A stretch of 64,000 nucleotides of DNA from an uncultured Myxococcia bacterium. GTDB taxonomy: Bacteria; Myxococcota_A; UBA9042; PHBI01. The DNA is taken from the NCBI GenBank assembly GCA_942493285.1, contig OW818691.1, positions 3,410,321 to 3,474,320 of the forward strand, given 5' to 3'. Positions 49,611 through 59,540 of the stretch are shown here, piece by piece. Below the pieces are notes generated by a model, which was not told where the DNA came from, ran no database searches, and saw nothing but the letters and a program-made list of their open reading frames with translations. Each line of letters opens with the position of its first letter. Within the stretch, counting starts at the first letter, position 1. The position numbers and the translations under genes were made by a program.

Positions 49611-50555
49611 TCAGACCGCTTCCTCGGCGCGGCGCAAAGAGAACTTGCGGCGCTGGGTCGGGGTCACTTTCGGGTCCGGGCGATAGGTCGACTCGTCGTG
49701 GGCCACGCGGCCAGAGACGGGGTCGATCTGGGCACTCTCGAGCGGCCGACGGAACCATGCGGTGTCGGAGAAGGCTGCGGCATCACGACGTTTCTTGGCG
49801 GTGAAGACGCTCTCGGGGTTGGCTTCGCCGCGGACGGCTTCGGCCGAGTCGAAGCGGGCCGGCTCGACGGCGAGCTCCTTGACGGCGCGCTCCACCTCGG
49901 AGGCTGGCGCCGGGCTCTTCTGCGGGCGGCGGCGGCCCCGCGTCTCGGGGCCTTCGATGCGACGTGGGTCGGGGAAGGGGCGCACGTCGGGCGGCGGGCT
50001 CACCTGCGCTACCGGCTCAGCGGCGCGCGCTCTCGGGGCCTCGGCGGGTGCGCGCTCCAGGCGCGGCTTGCGGGCGAAGTCGAGCTCCGGCAGGTCGAAG
50101 CCCTCAGCCTTGACGCGGACCGGCTCGACCGGCGGCTTGGCAGCAGGCCGCACGGGCTCGACAGCGGCTTTGACCGGCTCGGGTTTGGCGCCCCAGGGGC
50201 TGCGCGACGATTTCTGAGGGGCAGGGACGCTCTCGGCGACCAGCTTGCGTTCGATGCCCGGTCCGTCGCCGGTCGCCTGGGCGGCGCGCTGCTCGGCCTG
50301 CTGACCGAGCCCGAAGGCCCAGGTGCCACGCGGCTTACGCGGGAGCTTTCGTTGGCCAGAGGCTGGTTCCGAATCGGCCTCGACAACCGGTGCGGCCTTC
50401 GGAGCGGCCGGAGCCGCCTTTGCCACAACCGGAGCGGGCGCTGCGACGGGCAACTGCGCGATGGCTTCGACGTTGAGGTTCGTCCCGTCTTTGGCGCAGA
50501 AGTTGAACTCCGGCCCCCAACCTGAACCACATTTCCCACAGTATCGAACAGACAT
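49611..50555 (-). CDS. Zinc-ribbon protein with a long disordered Pro/Ala/Lys-rich tail
   Basis: MSVRYCGKCGSGW…NFCAKDG N-terminus. The remaining ~270 aa are low-complexity. Confidence 0.45.
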   Translation of the reverse strand: MSVRYCGKCGSGWGPEFNFCAKDGTNLNVEAIAQLPVAAPAPVVAKAAPAAPKAAPVVEADSEPASGQRKLPRKPRGTWAFGLGQQAEQRAAQATGDGPGIERKLVAESVPAPQKSSRSPWGAKPEPVKAAVEPVRPAAKPPVEPVRVKAEGFDLPELDFARKPRLERAPAEAPRARAAEPVAQVSPPPDVRPFPDPRRIEGPETRGRRRPQKSPAPASEVERAVKELAVEPARFDSAEAVRGEANPESVFTAKKRRDAAAFSDTAWFRRPLESAQIDPVSGRVAHDESTYRPDPKVTPTQRRKFSLRRAEEAV

Positions 50556-50871
50556 AGCGCAGCTCCCCTCGGATGGATGATTCGCGCCAGTTCGCCGTTC
50601 CCCCCGGAGCGGCGGCGTGACGTACTTAGCCTGAGCAGGAAACGGGCCAACTCGGAACCAGCCCGCTGGCACGCTGGGCTTCCCTTCACTCGACTACGTG
50701 GCTCGGCCACGGACGCCATTCTGGGTCGTTTCAGCGAGGGTCAGTAGACGGCCTGCGCAAAGGAATCGGGCCAAGGCAGGACCAGGTCCTGGTCCGACCA
50801 CCATCCAAATCGATACAACAGGAACCAATACGGAACATTTGAGCCCCGAAATGGAACAATCGCATTCCGAA

Positions 50872-52344
50872 TCAGGCGCGGCTGGCCCGTCCCGCCATCC
50901 AGCGCGCGATGTGGGGAAACGCTACCTGCGTAGGGTCAAGCTGCGGCGCCTCGCTGGCCAGGACACCGAGCAGCATCGCTACGGACCGCTCGAGCTCGAA
51001 CCAACCGTCCGGGTAGCTGACCGACCGCATGAGCGCCTGCGCTTCACGTTTGTCAGGACCGCCCTCGGCCAGGCGGTCGACAAGCCCCTTGTCGAGCTGA
51101 CCCATCCCCCCCGCATCGACCCGGAGTAGCCGCCCGAGGGTCTCTTTGATGTGGCGGCCGACGAGCTCATGGTTCGCGTCTCTGGCGAGGAATCCCATTC
51201 GCGAAACGCCAGCCAGAACGACGCGGTCGTTCTTCTGGAACAACCCAGAGACCACCTCCATGAGACCGTCGACGAGGTGTTCCTTCGCGGTCGCCGAAGC
51301 ACCGAGGTCGAGCAACACGATGCGTGGTCGGCCGTGTTCGTCGCGCTGCACGAGGAAGTTGCCCGGGTGTGGGTCGGCGTGGAAGTAGCGATGGACGAAG
51401 ACCTGGCGGAAGAAAGAATCGAGCAGGGTGCGCGCCGCGTCGTGCGCAGAGATGCCGATGCGGGCCAGTCCATCGCGGTCGGTGATGCGGACGCCATCGA
51501 CGAAGCTCATGACGAGGACACGGTCGTTGCTCAGCGCGAGGTCGACCTCGGGGAGTGCGACCGAGGCGTCGCCTTCGAAGTTGCGCTTCATCTTGCGCAG
51601 CGCCTGCGCTTCGAGCCGGAGGTCGGTTTCGCGGCCGAGCATCTCTCCCATGGAGCGGTGCAAGCGGTCGAGATCATTGATGGGGTAGAATCGTTTGAGC
51701 ACTTCGAGGACCCAGCCGACGACGACGAGGTCGACCTTGAGGGTTGCCTCGATGTCGGGATAGAGGACCTTCACCGCGACGTCGCGACCATCATGCGTCT
51801 TGGCGCGATGGACCTGCCCAAGCGATGCAGCTGCCAGCGGCTCGCGGCTGAGCTCGGCGAACATGACCGGCCACGGCTTGCCGTAGGCGCGAAAGATGGC
51901 TTCGTCGATGACCTCGAACGAGCGCGGTGGGACGCGGTCTTGCAGCTTCTGCAGCTCGCGGGCGTAGGCCCCTGGCAAGAACGTACCTAGCGTCGAGACG
52001 ACCTGACCCAGCTTGACGTAGACGCCCGAGAGCCGGCTCGCCGCGACGAAGAAGCGATGGGCATTGGCCGCGTGCACGCGCTCCCAACGGCGCTCGAGGC
52101 GAGCCGACATGAAAGCGGACCACCCGAAGAGGAACACGAGCGCCCGCTGCAGGCGATAACTCGAGAGGATGAAGAAGAACCACGCGCTCGCCCGAGCAAG
52201 CCGCACGACAGCACGCGCCCCGACAAAAGATGACCCGAGCAGCGACCCATCGTAACGCTCGATCGGCTCGAGGAGCGCCATCTCGCCGCCCTCGCCTGCT
52301 TCACACACCTGTACGTCTCGCGCCGCCCGAATCGTTGCGCCCAT
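50872..52344 (-). CDS. ABC1/UbiB-family atypical protein kinase
   Basis: …SLGQVHRAKTHDGRDVAVKVLYPDI… (the ABC1 VAIK-like lysine region) and the DPHPGNFLV catalytic motif. An alternative start is at 52281. Confidence 0.8.
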   Translation of the reverse strand: MGATIRAARDVQVCEAGEGGEMALLEPIERYDGSLLGSSFVGARAVVRLARASAWFFFILSSYRLQRALVFLFGWSAFMSARLERRWERVHAANAHRFFVAASRLSGVYVKLGQVVSTLGTFLPGAYARELQKLQDRVPPRSFEVIDEAIFRAYGKPWPVMFAELSREPLAAASLGQVHRAKTHDGRDVAVKVLYPDIEATLKVDLVVVGWVLEVLKRFYPINDLDRLHRSMGEMLGRETDLRLEAQALRKMKRNFEGDASVALPEVDLALSNDRVLVMSFVDGVRITDRDGLARIGISAHDAARTLLDSFFRQVFVHRYFHADPHPGNFLVQRDEHGRPRIVLLDLGASATAKEHLVDGLMEVVSGLFQKNDRVVLAGVSRMGFLARDANHELVGRHIKETLGRLLRVDAGGMGQLDKGLVDRLAEGGPDKREAQALMRSVSYPDGWFELERSVAMLLGVLASEAPQLDPTQVAFPHIARWMAGRASRA

Positions 52345-52490
52345 CGCCGACCTCTTCTGCCATCTGTGCGACCGGAACCAGGGACCCTCACGCCAACCCT
52401 GGTAAACCCAACCCGCCCTCGTGTCGGCCCCTCGGCTGACCCAGGCCCCCGAAGCCCGAGCGCGGCCGTTCAGAAGCCATTCGCCGATGT

Positions 52491-54647
52491 GTGAGCGCCC
52501 GAATCCGGCCCTCGGCGCACACGCTCGTGTCCACCCGCGCCCCGCAAAGTCGCTTGGGTTCGCCGCCCACAAACCGCTATACCCGCGGCGTGCGCGCCCG
52601 TTCCCATACCGCCTTGGCTTCGCCATGCGTTTCCGCACCAAGAGGGGATGAAGCGCAAGGCTTCGGGATCGTATCGCTCGCGGCCGCTTCGGGCTCGTCC
52701 GGCGCGGGCCAACGACGTCGCGCGGTCAGCCGGTTCCCTATCGCCTTCGGGGCCTTGGCGTGCTTGTCGACCGCCGTCTTTGCGACCTCGCCAGGCTTCG
52801 CCGAGGACTCCGCCCCGCCCGCCGAGACCGCTGGCTCGGACACCGGCTCGCGCACCGTCATCCGCCCGACGACCCCGACCACGCCTGCGACGACCGTCCT
52901 CGACGCCGAACGGCTCGGCGAGCGCGCTGGCGCCGACCTTCCCGCCGCAATCAGCGGAGAGCCCGGCCTCCACATTCCGCGCCTGGGAGGCCTGGGCAGC
53001 TACGCCACCCTCCGCATCCGCGGCTCGTCTGCCGAACAGGTACTCGTCTCGCTAGACGGGATCCCCCTCAATCCGGCCGACGGCGCCCCTGTCGACCTCT
53101 CGACCCTGCCTGTGGGCCCGCTCTCCCACGTGGCCATCCATCGCGGCCGCGCCCCCTGGTCGCTTGGCCAGACAGGTCTTGGCGGTGCCCTGCGCCTCGA
53201 GACACGCCGCCCCCAATCGCTCGACCTGTCAGGCGAAATCGGCACTGGCAGCTTCGGCTCGCGCTGGCTGCGCGCAGCCCTCGCCTCCCCAAACCTCACG
53301 TTCGCGGTCGACTACCTCGGCACCTCTGGCGACTTCACCTTCCGGGACGACGGCGGCACCGCCTGGACCACCGACGACGACCGCACCGCCACCCGCCAGA
53401 ACGCCGCCAGCGATCAAGTCACCTTGCTCGCCCGCTACGACCAACCGCTCGGCGACTGGAACCTGTCGCTCCTGGACGCCTTCACCCACGCTGAACGCGG
53501 CCTCCCGAGCCTTGGCACCATCCCCACCCGCGAGAGCGCGCTCACCCTGACTCGCAACCTGGCGGGCCTCACCGCCCGTGGCCCACTCGGCCCGCTGACC
53601 GTCCAATGGACCGCCTGGTTCGCCGCCGCCACCACCGAGGTCCGTGACCCACTCTCCGAGATAGGCCTCGCGGGCGAGGCCACGACCAGCGGCTCACTCG
53701 TTCCGGGCAGCATCCTGACGGCGCACCTCCCACTCACCGACCAGCTCACCACCTCCATCCACCTGGCAATCCGCCACGAAGCCATGACCGGCGACAATTC
53801 GCTGGACCGCACCATCGGCTCGGCGGCCAACGAAATCCATTTGCGCCTCGACGACTTCGCCGCCTCGGCCGGCATCCGTATCGAAGCCGCACCCGACCTC
53901 CTCGCCCCCTCCGCTTTCCTCGAGCTCGCCCAACGGTTCGGCCTCCACCGCCTCCACCTGGCCATCCATCATACTCCTCGCGTCCCTTCCCTCTTCGAGC
54001 GCTACGGCAACCTCGGCCTGGTCCTGGGCAACCCCAACCTCACTCCGGAATCCCTCACCCAGCTCGAGCTCGGCGCACGTCTCGACCTCTCCGGCGACTC
54101 ACACCAGCTCCACGTTGCCGCCCTGACCTTCGCCTCGTTCGCCGACGACCTCATCCAATTCGTTCAAAACGCCCAGGGCATTTCACGCCCCGAAAACCTC
54201 GCATCTGCGCGTATCCTGGGCCTCGAGCTCACGGCCGAGCTCACCCTCTTCGACCACCTCTCGCTCCGTTCCAGCCTCGCCCTGCTCGACGCTCGCGACA
54301 CGTCCGCAATCGCCGCGCGCACGGGCAAGCGCCTCCCTCTCCGCCCCGCCATCACGACCGCCCATCGCCTCGAGTTCCGGTATCCCGACGCGGCTCTGGG
54401 CACCCTTCACGGCGCCATCGGCGTCGCACTCGACGTCGACTACCTCGCAGGCAACGCGCTCGACTTCGCCAACCTCGTTACGGCGCCGCCGCGCACCCTC
54501 GTAGGCCTCTCGGCCTTCGCCCGCTCTGACGAGGTCGAGGTCCGCCTCTCACTGATGAACCTCACAGACGACCGCGTCCAGGACCTCGCCGGCTACCCCC
54601 TCCCCGGCTTCACGACCCACCTCTCGCTCAGGCTCCTGCCGCAATGA
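52491..54647 (+). CDS. TonB-dependent outer-membrane receptor
   Basis: Plug domain (…GSYATLRIRGSSAEQVLVSLDGIPLN…HVAIHRGRAPWSLGQTGLGGALRLETR) followed by a ~480-aa beta-barrel region. The signal peptide is near RRRAVSRFPIAFGALACLSTAVFA, so the true start is probably around 52700 and is uncertain. Confidence 0.7.
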   Translation: MSARIRPSAHTLVSTRAPQSRLGSPPTNRYTRGVRARSHTALASPCVSAPRGDEAQGFGIVSLAAASGSSGAGQRRRAVSRFPIAFGALACLSTAVFATSPGFAEDSAPPAETAGSDTGSRTVIRPTTPTTPATTVLDAERLGERAGADLPAAISGEPGLHIPRLGGLGSYATLRIRGSSAEQVLVSLDGIPLNPADGAPVDLSTLPVGPLSHVAIHRGRAPWSLGQTGLGGALRLETRRPQSLDLSGEIGTGSFGSRWLRAALASPNLTFAVDYLGTSGDFTFRDDGGTAWTTDDDRTATRQNAASDQVTLLARYDQPLGDWNLSLLDAFTHAERGLPSLGTIPTRESALTLTRNLAGLTARGPLGPLTVQWTAWFAAATTEVRDPLSEIGLAGEATTSGSLVPGSILTAHLPLTDQLTTSIHLAIRHEAMTGDNSLDRTIGSAANEIHLRLDDFAASAGIRIEAAPDLLAPSAFLELAQRFGLHRLHLAIHHTPRVPSLFERYGNLGLVLGNPNLTPESLTQLELGARLDLSGDSHQLHVAALTFASFADDLIQFVQNAQGISRPENLASARILGLELTAELTLFDHLSLRSSLALLDARDTSAIAARTGKRLPLRPAITTAHRLEFRYPDAALGTLHGAIGVALDVDYLAGNALDFANLVTAPPRTLVGLSAFARSDEVEVRLSLMNLTDDRVQDLAGYPLPGFTTHLSLRLLPQ

Positions 54648-56053
54648 CCTCTCGCCACCCCACACGCCTCCTCCCAACGGCCCCCCCACAGGGGTCGGGA
54701 CATCTCATATTTCATTTTAGCCCGGCCTCCGGCGCGGCCCCGCCGGCGGGGTCGGGACATTTCACATTTCATTTTGGCTTCGCCTGCCGCACGGTTCTCC
54801 GCCGCTCCGCATTGCCGGCCTTCATCGCCCTCTGGGCCCTGACAACCGCCGCTTGCGACGACACCACCGTCCCGACCAGGCCCGACCCGACCCTCTGCGA
54901 ACTCGTCGCCGTCGCCAGCGACTACACCTCGACCGCGGTCTCGCTGCTCTACGCCGACGGCACCCCGTGCGCCCCCGACGTCCTGACCTCCGGTTCGCGC
55001 CCACCCGGCCTCTTGACCGCCCTCTCCGGGGACGTCGTCCTCCCGTCGAGCCCCTCCCCCGACGCCCACCTTCACCTCATCGACCGCTTCCCAAACGCCG
55101 TCCTCACCGTCGTCGCCACAGACACCGCCACCGTCCAGGCACAGACCCGCCTCAGCCCCGACTTCGTCGGAAATCCTCAGGATCTCACCGTCTTCCCCGA
55201 CGCCGACATCCTCCTCATCTCGCGCCTGGAATACGACTCCCGCTCCTCCGACATCGGCTCCGATCTCGCCATATTCCGGCGCTCGGACCTTTCCCCGCTT
55301 GGCCGCGTCGACCTCGCCGCATTCGCGGACGACGGCCTCGACCCCATGCCGACCCGCTTCGCCGAAGCCAACAACCTCATCTGGGTCGGTCTCACCCACC
55401 TGAGTCGCGACTTCACGACCTCGGGTCCCGGCCGCATCCTCGCCCTCGCTCGCGACGAATCGTCCTTCACCGTCGTCGCCCGCGGCGAGCTTCCCGACCT
55501 CCAGAACTGCGGCCACATCGCGAGCCCACCGACCAAGGACGTGGTCTGGGTCGTCTGCTCCGGGCTCTTTCGCGACTCGGTGACACCCCGCATCGAGCGC
55601 TCGGGCCTCGCCCGCTTCATCTCGCCGCCTATCGGTACCCCCTCCGCACAACCAGCCACTCTGACTCCCGACCGCCTCGTCCGCGCTTACACCCTCGGTC
55701 GCCCGTTGGCCTTCTCGCTCGCCCCGCTTACCGCTGACACGGTGGCCGCGATCCTACTCGGCGACCTCGTCGAGGGCACACCCGACCGCCTCGTGCTCAT
55801 CACCACCTCCCCGGACTCCGCTCCCATCGTCACAACGCTGGCCGAAGGCACCACCTTCGACCTCGGTGGCCTGCTCTACCTTGCGGAGTCCTCAATGCTC
55901 CTCATGGCGGACGGCAACCGCTACACCCCGCGCCTCCGCCGCTTCGACCTCAACCACACCCCACCGCTGGAGCTAGCCCCCGTCACCGTCTCACCAACGG
56001 GCCTGCCTCCGCGGCACCTCCAGCGTATTCGACCCGGGGCCCTCGGGCGCTGA
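54644..56053 (+). CDS. Lipoprotein of unknown function
   Basis: The signal/lipobox FIALWALTTAACDD appears about 50 aa into the ORF, so the true start is probably around 54800 and the annotated N-terminus overlaps the direct repeats. It is otherwise beta-rich with no recognisable motif. Confidence 0.5.
   Translation: MTSRHPTRLLPTAPPQGSGHLIFHFSPASGAAPPAGSGHFTFHFGFACRTVLRRSALPAFIALWALTTAACDDTTVPTRPDPTLCELVAVASDYTSTAVSLLYADGTPCAPDVLTSGSRPPGLLTALSGDVVLPSSPSPDAHLHLIDRFPNAVLTVVATDTATVQAQTRLSPDFVGNPQDLTVFPDADILLISRLEYDSRSSDIGSDLAIFRRSDLSPLGRVDLAAFADDGLDPMPTRFAEANNLIWVGLTHLSRDFTTSGPGRILALARDESSFTVVARGELPDLQNCGHIASPPTKDVVWVVCSGLFRDSVTPRIERSGLARFISPPIGTPSAQPATLTPDRLVRAYTLGRPLAFSLAPLTADTVAAILLGDLVEGTPDRLVLITTSPDSAPIVTTLAEGTTFDLGGLLYLAESSMLLMADGNRYTPRLRRFDLNHTPPLELAPVTVSPTGLPPRHLQRIRPGALGR
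54690..54780 (+). promoter_or_regulatory. AT-rich 28-bp direct repeat (candidate metalloregulator operator)
   Basis: GGGGTCGGGACATCTCATATTTCATTTT … GGGGTCGGGACATTTCACATTTCATTTT, two copies about 58 bp apart, locally about 45% GC in a 70% GC genome. It sits between the TBDR stop and the lipoprotein signal peptide. Confidence 0.4.
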
Positions 56054-56339
56054 TTCGTGTCCAGTGCGTCATCTGCACGTTTTGGACGATTTATCCCTTG
56101 CCACGCACGCTACCGTGTCAAAATTCGCCCAGCGGCCCCAATCGTCGACCGCCCTCACTGGCTCGCCGAAACGATGCGGGCACTGGAGTCCTAACGTGCT
56201 CGACTCAGACCAGCTCCACTCCGATTCCTTCGCCGACCACGGCACCGACGACTTCCTTCGGGCCGACGACGCGTCGTCCTTCGTCGCTGAAGCCCCTCTC
56301 GGCGAAAACGCCGGTCACAAGCCAAACGTCATCCGAGCG

Positions 56340-57254
56340 ATGCCTGACATCGCGAGCGTCAGCCCGGCCCGCGCTCATGGCCGCCTCGACCGTGTCGGCA
56401 TGGGCGACATCGAGATGCCTGTGCTTCTCCGGGGCCGGGATGGCCATGTCAGGATGAGCCCGGCGCGCGCCGACGCGTTTGTCAGCCTGGAGCCAAAGGA
56501 CGCCAAGGGCATCCACATGTCGCGCCTCTTCCTGGGTCTGCAGACCGTCCTCGAGGAAGAAGTCCTCGACTTCGACACCGTCTCCCGCATCCTCGACGGC
56601 TTTCTCAAGTCGCACGAAGGGTTGTCGAACGAGGCCGAAATCTCGATTCGTTTCGACTGGATGCGAAAGCGTAAAGCGCTCGTCTCCGAGCATATGGGGT
56701 GGCGCACCTACCCCATCGAGCTGTTCGGCAAGAAGACGCCGGACGGCCTGACCCTCGGCGCAAAGTTCCGCGTCACCTACTCGTCGACCTGCCCCTGCTC
56801 GGCCGCACTCGCGCGCCAGCTCATCCAGGAGGCCTTCGACCGCGACTTCGCCAATGGCCGGCAGCTCACGTTTGACGCGATCCGCTCGTGGCTCGGAACG
56901 CCCGAGGCCATTCGCGCAACACCTCACAGCCAGCGCAGCCACGCGGACGTGACGGTCCACTTCGCCTCCCCCGACGCAGCGCTCTCGCCCGACGACCTCA
57001 TCGACCTCGTCGAGGGCGCCTTGAAGACGGTCGTTCAGGCCGCCGTGAAACGCGAAGACGAGCAGGCCTTCGCCCTCCTCAACGGCGAGAACCTCATGTT
57101 CTGCGAGGACGCGGCCCGCGTCGTGAAGCGCGCCCTGGACGGGGAGCCACGAATCACCGACTACCGCATCAAGGCCTCCCACTTCGAGAGCCTACACCCG
57201 CATGACGCCGTCGCTATCGTTACTCGCGGTGTCCCTGGTGGGCTTCAGCCGTAG
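56340..57254 (+). CDS. folE2: GTP cyclohydrolase I type 2 (FolE2/MptA family, zinc-independent)
   Basis: About 304 aa from the ATG at 56340 (MPDIASVSP…). Conserved …GIHMSRLF… and STCPCS Cys motifs, plus a C-terminal …HFESLHPHDA…. Confidence 0.75.
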   Translation: MPDIASVSPARAHGRLDRVGMGDIEMPVLLRGRDGHVRMSPARADAFVSLEPKDAKGIHMSRLFLGLQTVLEEEVLDFDTVSRILDGFLKSHEGLSNEAEISIRFDWMRKRKALVSEHMGWRTYPIELFGKKTPDGLTLGAKFRVTYSSTCPCSAALARQLIQEAFDRDFANGRQLTFDAIRSWLGTPEAIRATPHSQRSHADVTVHFASPDAALSPDDLIDLVEGALKTVVQAAVKREDEQAFALLNGENLMFCEDAARVVKRALDGEPRITDYRIKASHFESLHPHDAVAIVTRGVPGGLQP

Positions 57255-57331
57255 CGGTCGCCCCCACCTTCGCCGCAGCAAGACGAAGCCGTCGCGGCGG
57301 ACCAACAGTTCCGGCCATCGCTGATCAACGA

Positions 57332-58525
57332 CTAACGGACCCACGGATGAGCCGCCAGCGCCTCGGCGCTGACCGGCCCCAGCAGCGTCGACGGCCGTGG
57401 GATGGCATCCGTCCAACGCGCCCCAAACCGACGAAAACCGTTTCCCATCAGGTTGTTCTCGACGCCGTCCCCGTCTTCGTCGCCAAACACATGCTCGAGC
57501 CCGAAGGCGTGTCCGAGCTCGTGGACCGCAGCCCCGATGTAGGTCGAAGCCCAGCCCCCTCGTGACAGGGGCCCGAATGCGCCCATGCCATCCCAGTCGT
57601 CGAAGCCCGAGTCCAGACTCGCCTCGAACAGCGCCGCCTGGCTCGGCTCCACCCCAACTCCCTCTAACGAGACCGTCTCGAAGCCCACCCCGAACACGTG
57701 CGCGCCGATGAGCGCGTAGCCAGCGCCTTCGCCCATCCACGGCGCAGCCGAGCCACCCTGCCCCGTGTGGATGAGCCCCCGACCCGAAACCTCATGAGTA
57801 TCGTAGAAGTACACGAGGATCGCGTCACGGTGCGCCTCGCTCGGAAGCCTACGAAAGACCTCGGCCAACGCCTCCCCAGCCGCATCACCCGAGGTTGGGT
57901 GTGCCTGATAGTGGCTCGCCGGCTGGTCGCCGACCATGAAGACCACATCCCAGAGCCCATCCGCCGCCGCCTCGAGCTCGAAGGTCCGCCCTTCACCCTC
58001 CGCGTTGGTGTAGCCGGCGACCGCCATCTCTTCCTTGAAGAACTGCCTGGCCATCGTCGCCCAGGCGTGCAGCTTCTCCCGAAGGCCTGGCCGAAACGGC
58101 CTGTCGCTCGGCGTGAAGTAGACCCCTCGCACGACCGCAGTGCGGCTCCAGTCGCGTCCTTGAAGAGCGGTTGCGATGGGCGTTGGCAGGTCTGTGACAA
58201 GCACTTCACCTGGCGCCGCCGCGTCGCTGACATCCACCTCACGGACTGCAACATCGTCCACGTCGCCAGCGTCCAGAGAGACGTCCGAGTCCACCGCATG
58301 GTCCGAATCCGCCGCGGCATCGCCAACGGTCTCAACGCCATCCGTCGTCTCGGCAGTCTCTGGCGCCACGTCTGGAACGCCGTCCGAATCGGGCGTGACC
58401 TCAGAAACCGCATCGACACCGTCGCCTGCAGCATCGACGGCCTCGGCCGCCCCGCCGCATGCCGCGCTCCCCCAAACCATCGCCAGCCCGAAGGCCAGCA
58501 AGCGGCCGCCACTTCTGCTGCGCAT
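57332..58525 (-). CDS. Secreted zinc metallopeptidase lipoprotein (HExxHxxGxxH)
   Basis: Lipobox FGLAMVWGSAACGG, an acidic Asp/Val-rich linker, and the metzincin-like motif AAVHELGHAFGLEH. Confidence 0.7.
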   Translation of the reverse strand: MRSRSGGRLLAFGLAMVWGSAACGGAAEAVDAAGDGVDAVSEVTPDSDGVPDVAPETAETTDGVETVGDAAADSDHAVDSDVSLDAGDVDDVAVREVDVSDAAAPGEVLVTDLPTPIATALQGRDWSRTAVVRGVYFTPSDRPFRPGLREKLHAWATMARQFFKEEMAVAGYTNAEGEGRTFELEAAADGLWDVVFMVGDQPASHYQAHPTSGDAAGEALAEVFRRLPSEAHRDAILVYFYDTHEVSGRGLIHTGQGGSAAPWMGEGAGYALIGAHVFGVGFETVSLEGVGVEPSQAALFEASLDSGFDDWDGMGAFGPLSRGGWASTYIGAAVHELGHAFGLEHVFGDEDGDGVENNLMGNGFRRFGARWTDAIPRPSTLLGPVSAEALAAHPWVR

Positions 58526-58717
58526 CTCGCGTTCCTCCTCACTCCAGGGGTGCCACGTTCTGGCCGCGCCGCGTCTCCGTCAAGCGCGAGACCCGGCGTT
58601 CTGAACGCCTTCCGACACCTGCGCCTTCGCATTGTCCGATGAGTCCGCACGTGCGAACCTGCCCTCGCGTTCGTGTAGCGGACCGTCAGTCCCCGTCACC
58701 CCGATACGGAGCCAACG

Positions 58718-59479
58718 ATGAACTCCTCACTTCGCCTCTGCGGAGCCTTCGGCCTTTCCCTAGCGCTCTTCATCGCTTGTGATTCGACGGTCGCCCCGAC
58801 CGGCCCCGTCCTGCTGGTGCCTATCGATGCCTACCTCTCGGACCACTTCTGCACCGAAGTCTCGGTCACCCAGGGCGACGCCACGGCCACTCAAACCACC
58901 TGCGGCCGCGACCCGCAGCCGACGTTTCTGACCTTCCCGTGCACGGCGCCAGCGACGGTCGCGATCGTGCACATCCCCACATCGTCTGAGGCGCTTGGCT
59001 ATCCCATGCTCACCTCTTGCACGGCCGGCTCACCCTGCACCCAGACCGCTGCGTGCCGGCCCGACAGGGACACGACCCTCACCTACGACCTCACAGTCAT
59101 GCGGGATGCCAACCAAGGCTTCTTCGACATCGTGGTCGACCTCGGCCCCTCCGGTACAGGGCTTCGACCGCTCGGCCCCGACGATGTGGCCGACTTCTGC
59201 GTCGACATGGTGGTTCGCAACTCGGTGAACGAGGTCGTCTGGGACCAACGAGACATCTGCTCTTCGCAGCACGGGAGCACGAGCGTCCTCGACTATGTCG
59301 GACCTTGCGACGCAGCGAACGGAGGCACAAGCGTAGTGGAGGTCACCCTGGTGAGCGCCACCAACTCGGACGGGGTCGAGCTCGAAGACGTCCGGCTCCC
59401 TTGCACCGACGGCATGACCTGCACCGTGCAGGCCACCTGCGAAAAGAACATCGACGTCACGATTCGCCTCGCTCCCTGA
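58718..59479 (+). CDS. Lipoprotein of unknown function
   Basis: MNSSLRLCGAFGLSLALFIACDS lipobox. 12 Cys, Thr-rich. Confidence 0.5.
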   Translation: MNSSLRLCGAFGLSLALFIACDSTVAPTGPVLLVPIDAYLSDHFCTEVSVTQGDATATQTTCGRDPQPTFLTFPCTAPATVAIVHIPTSSEALGYPMLTSCTAGSPCTQTAACRPDRDTTLTYDLTVMRDANQGFFDIVVDLGPSGTGLRPLGPDDVADFCVDMVVRNSVNEVVWDQRDICSSQHGSTSVLDYVGPCDAANGGTSVVEVTLVSATNSDGVELEDVRLPCTDGMTCTVQATCEKNIDVTIRLAP

Positions 59480-59540
59480 TGTCCGTCGGACGTTCGGCTC
59501 CGGCCTTGCCCACCAGCGCCTCGGGCGCTACATAGCCGCC

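Noticed and set aside
56064-56339. 92-aa N-terminal extension of FolE2 from the ATG at 56064
   Set aside because: FolE2 proteins are about 260-310 aa. Homology-like sequence begins at MPDIASV (56340), and the extension is Ser/Asp-rich with no known domain.
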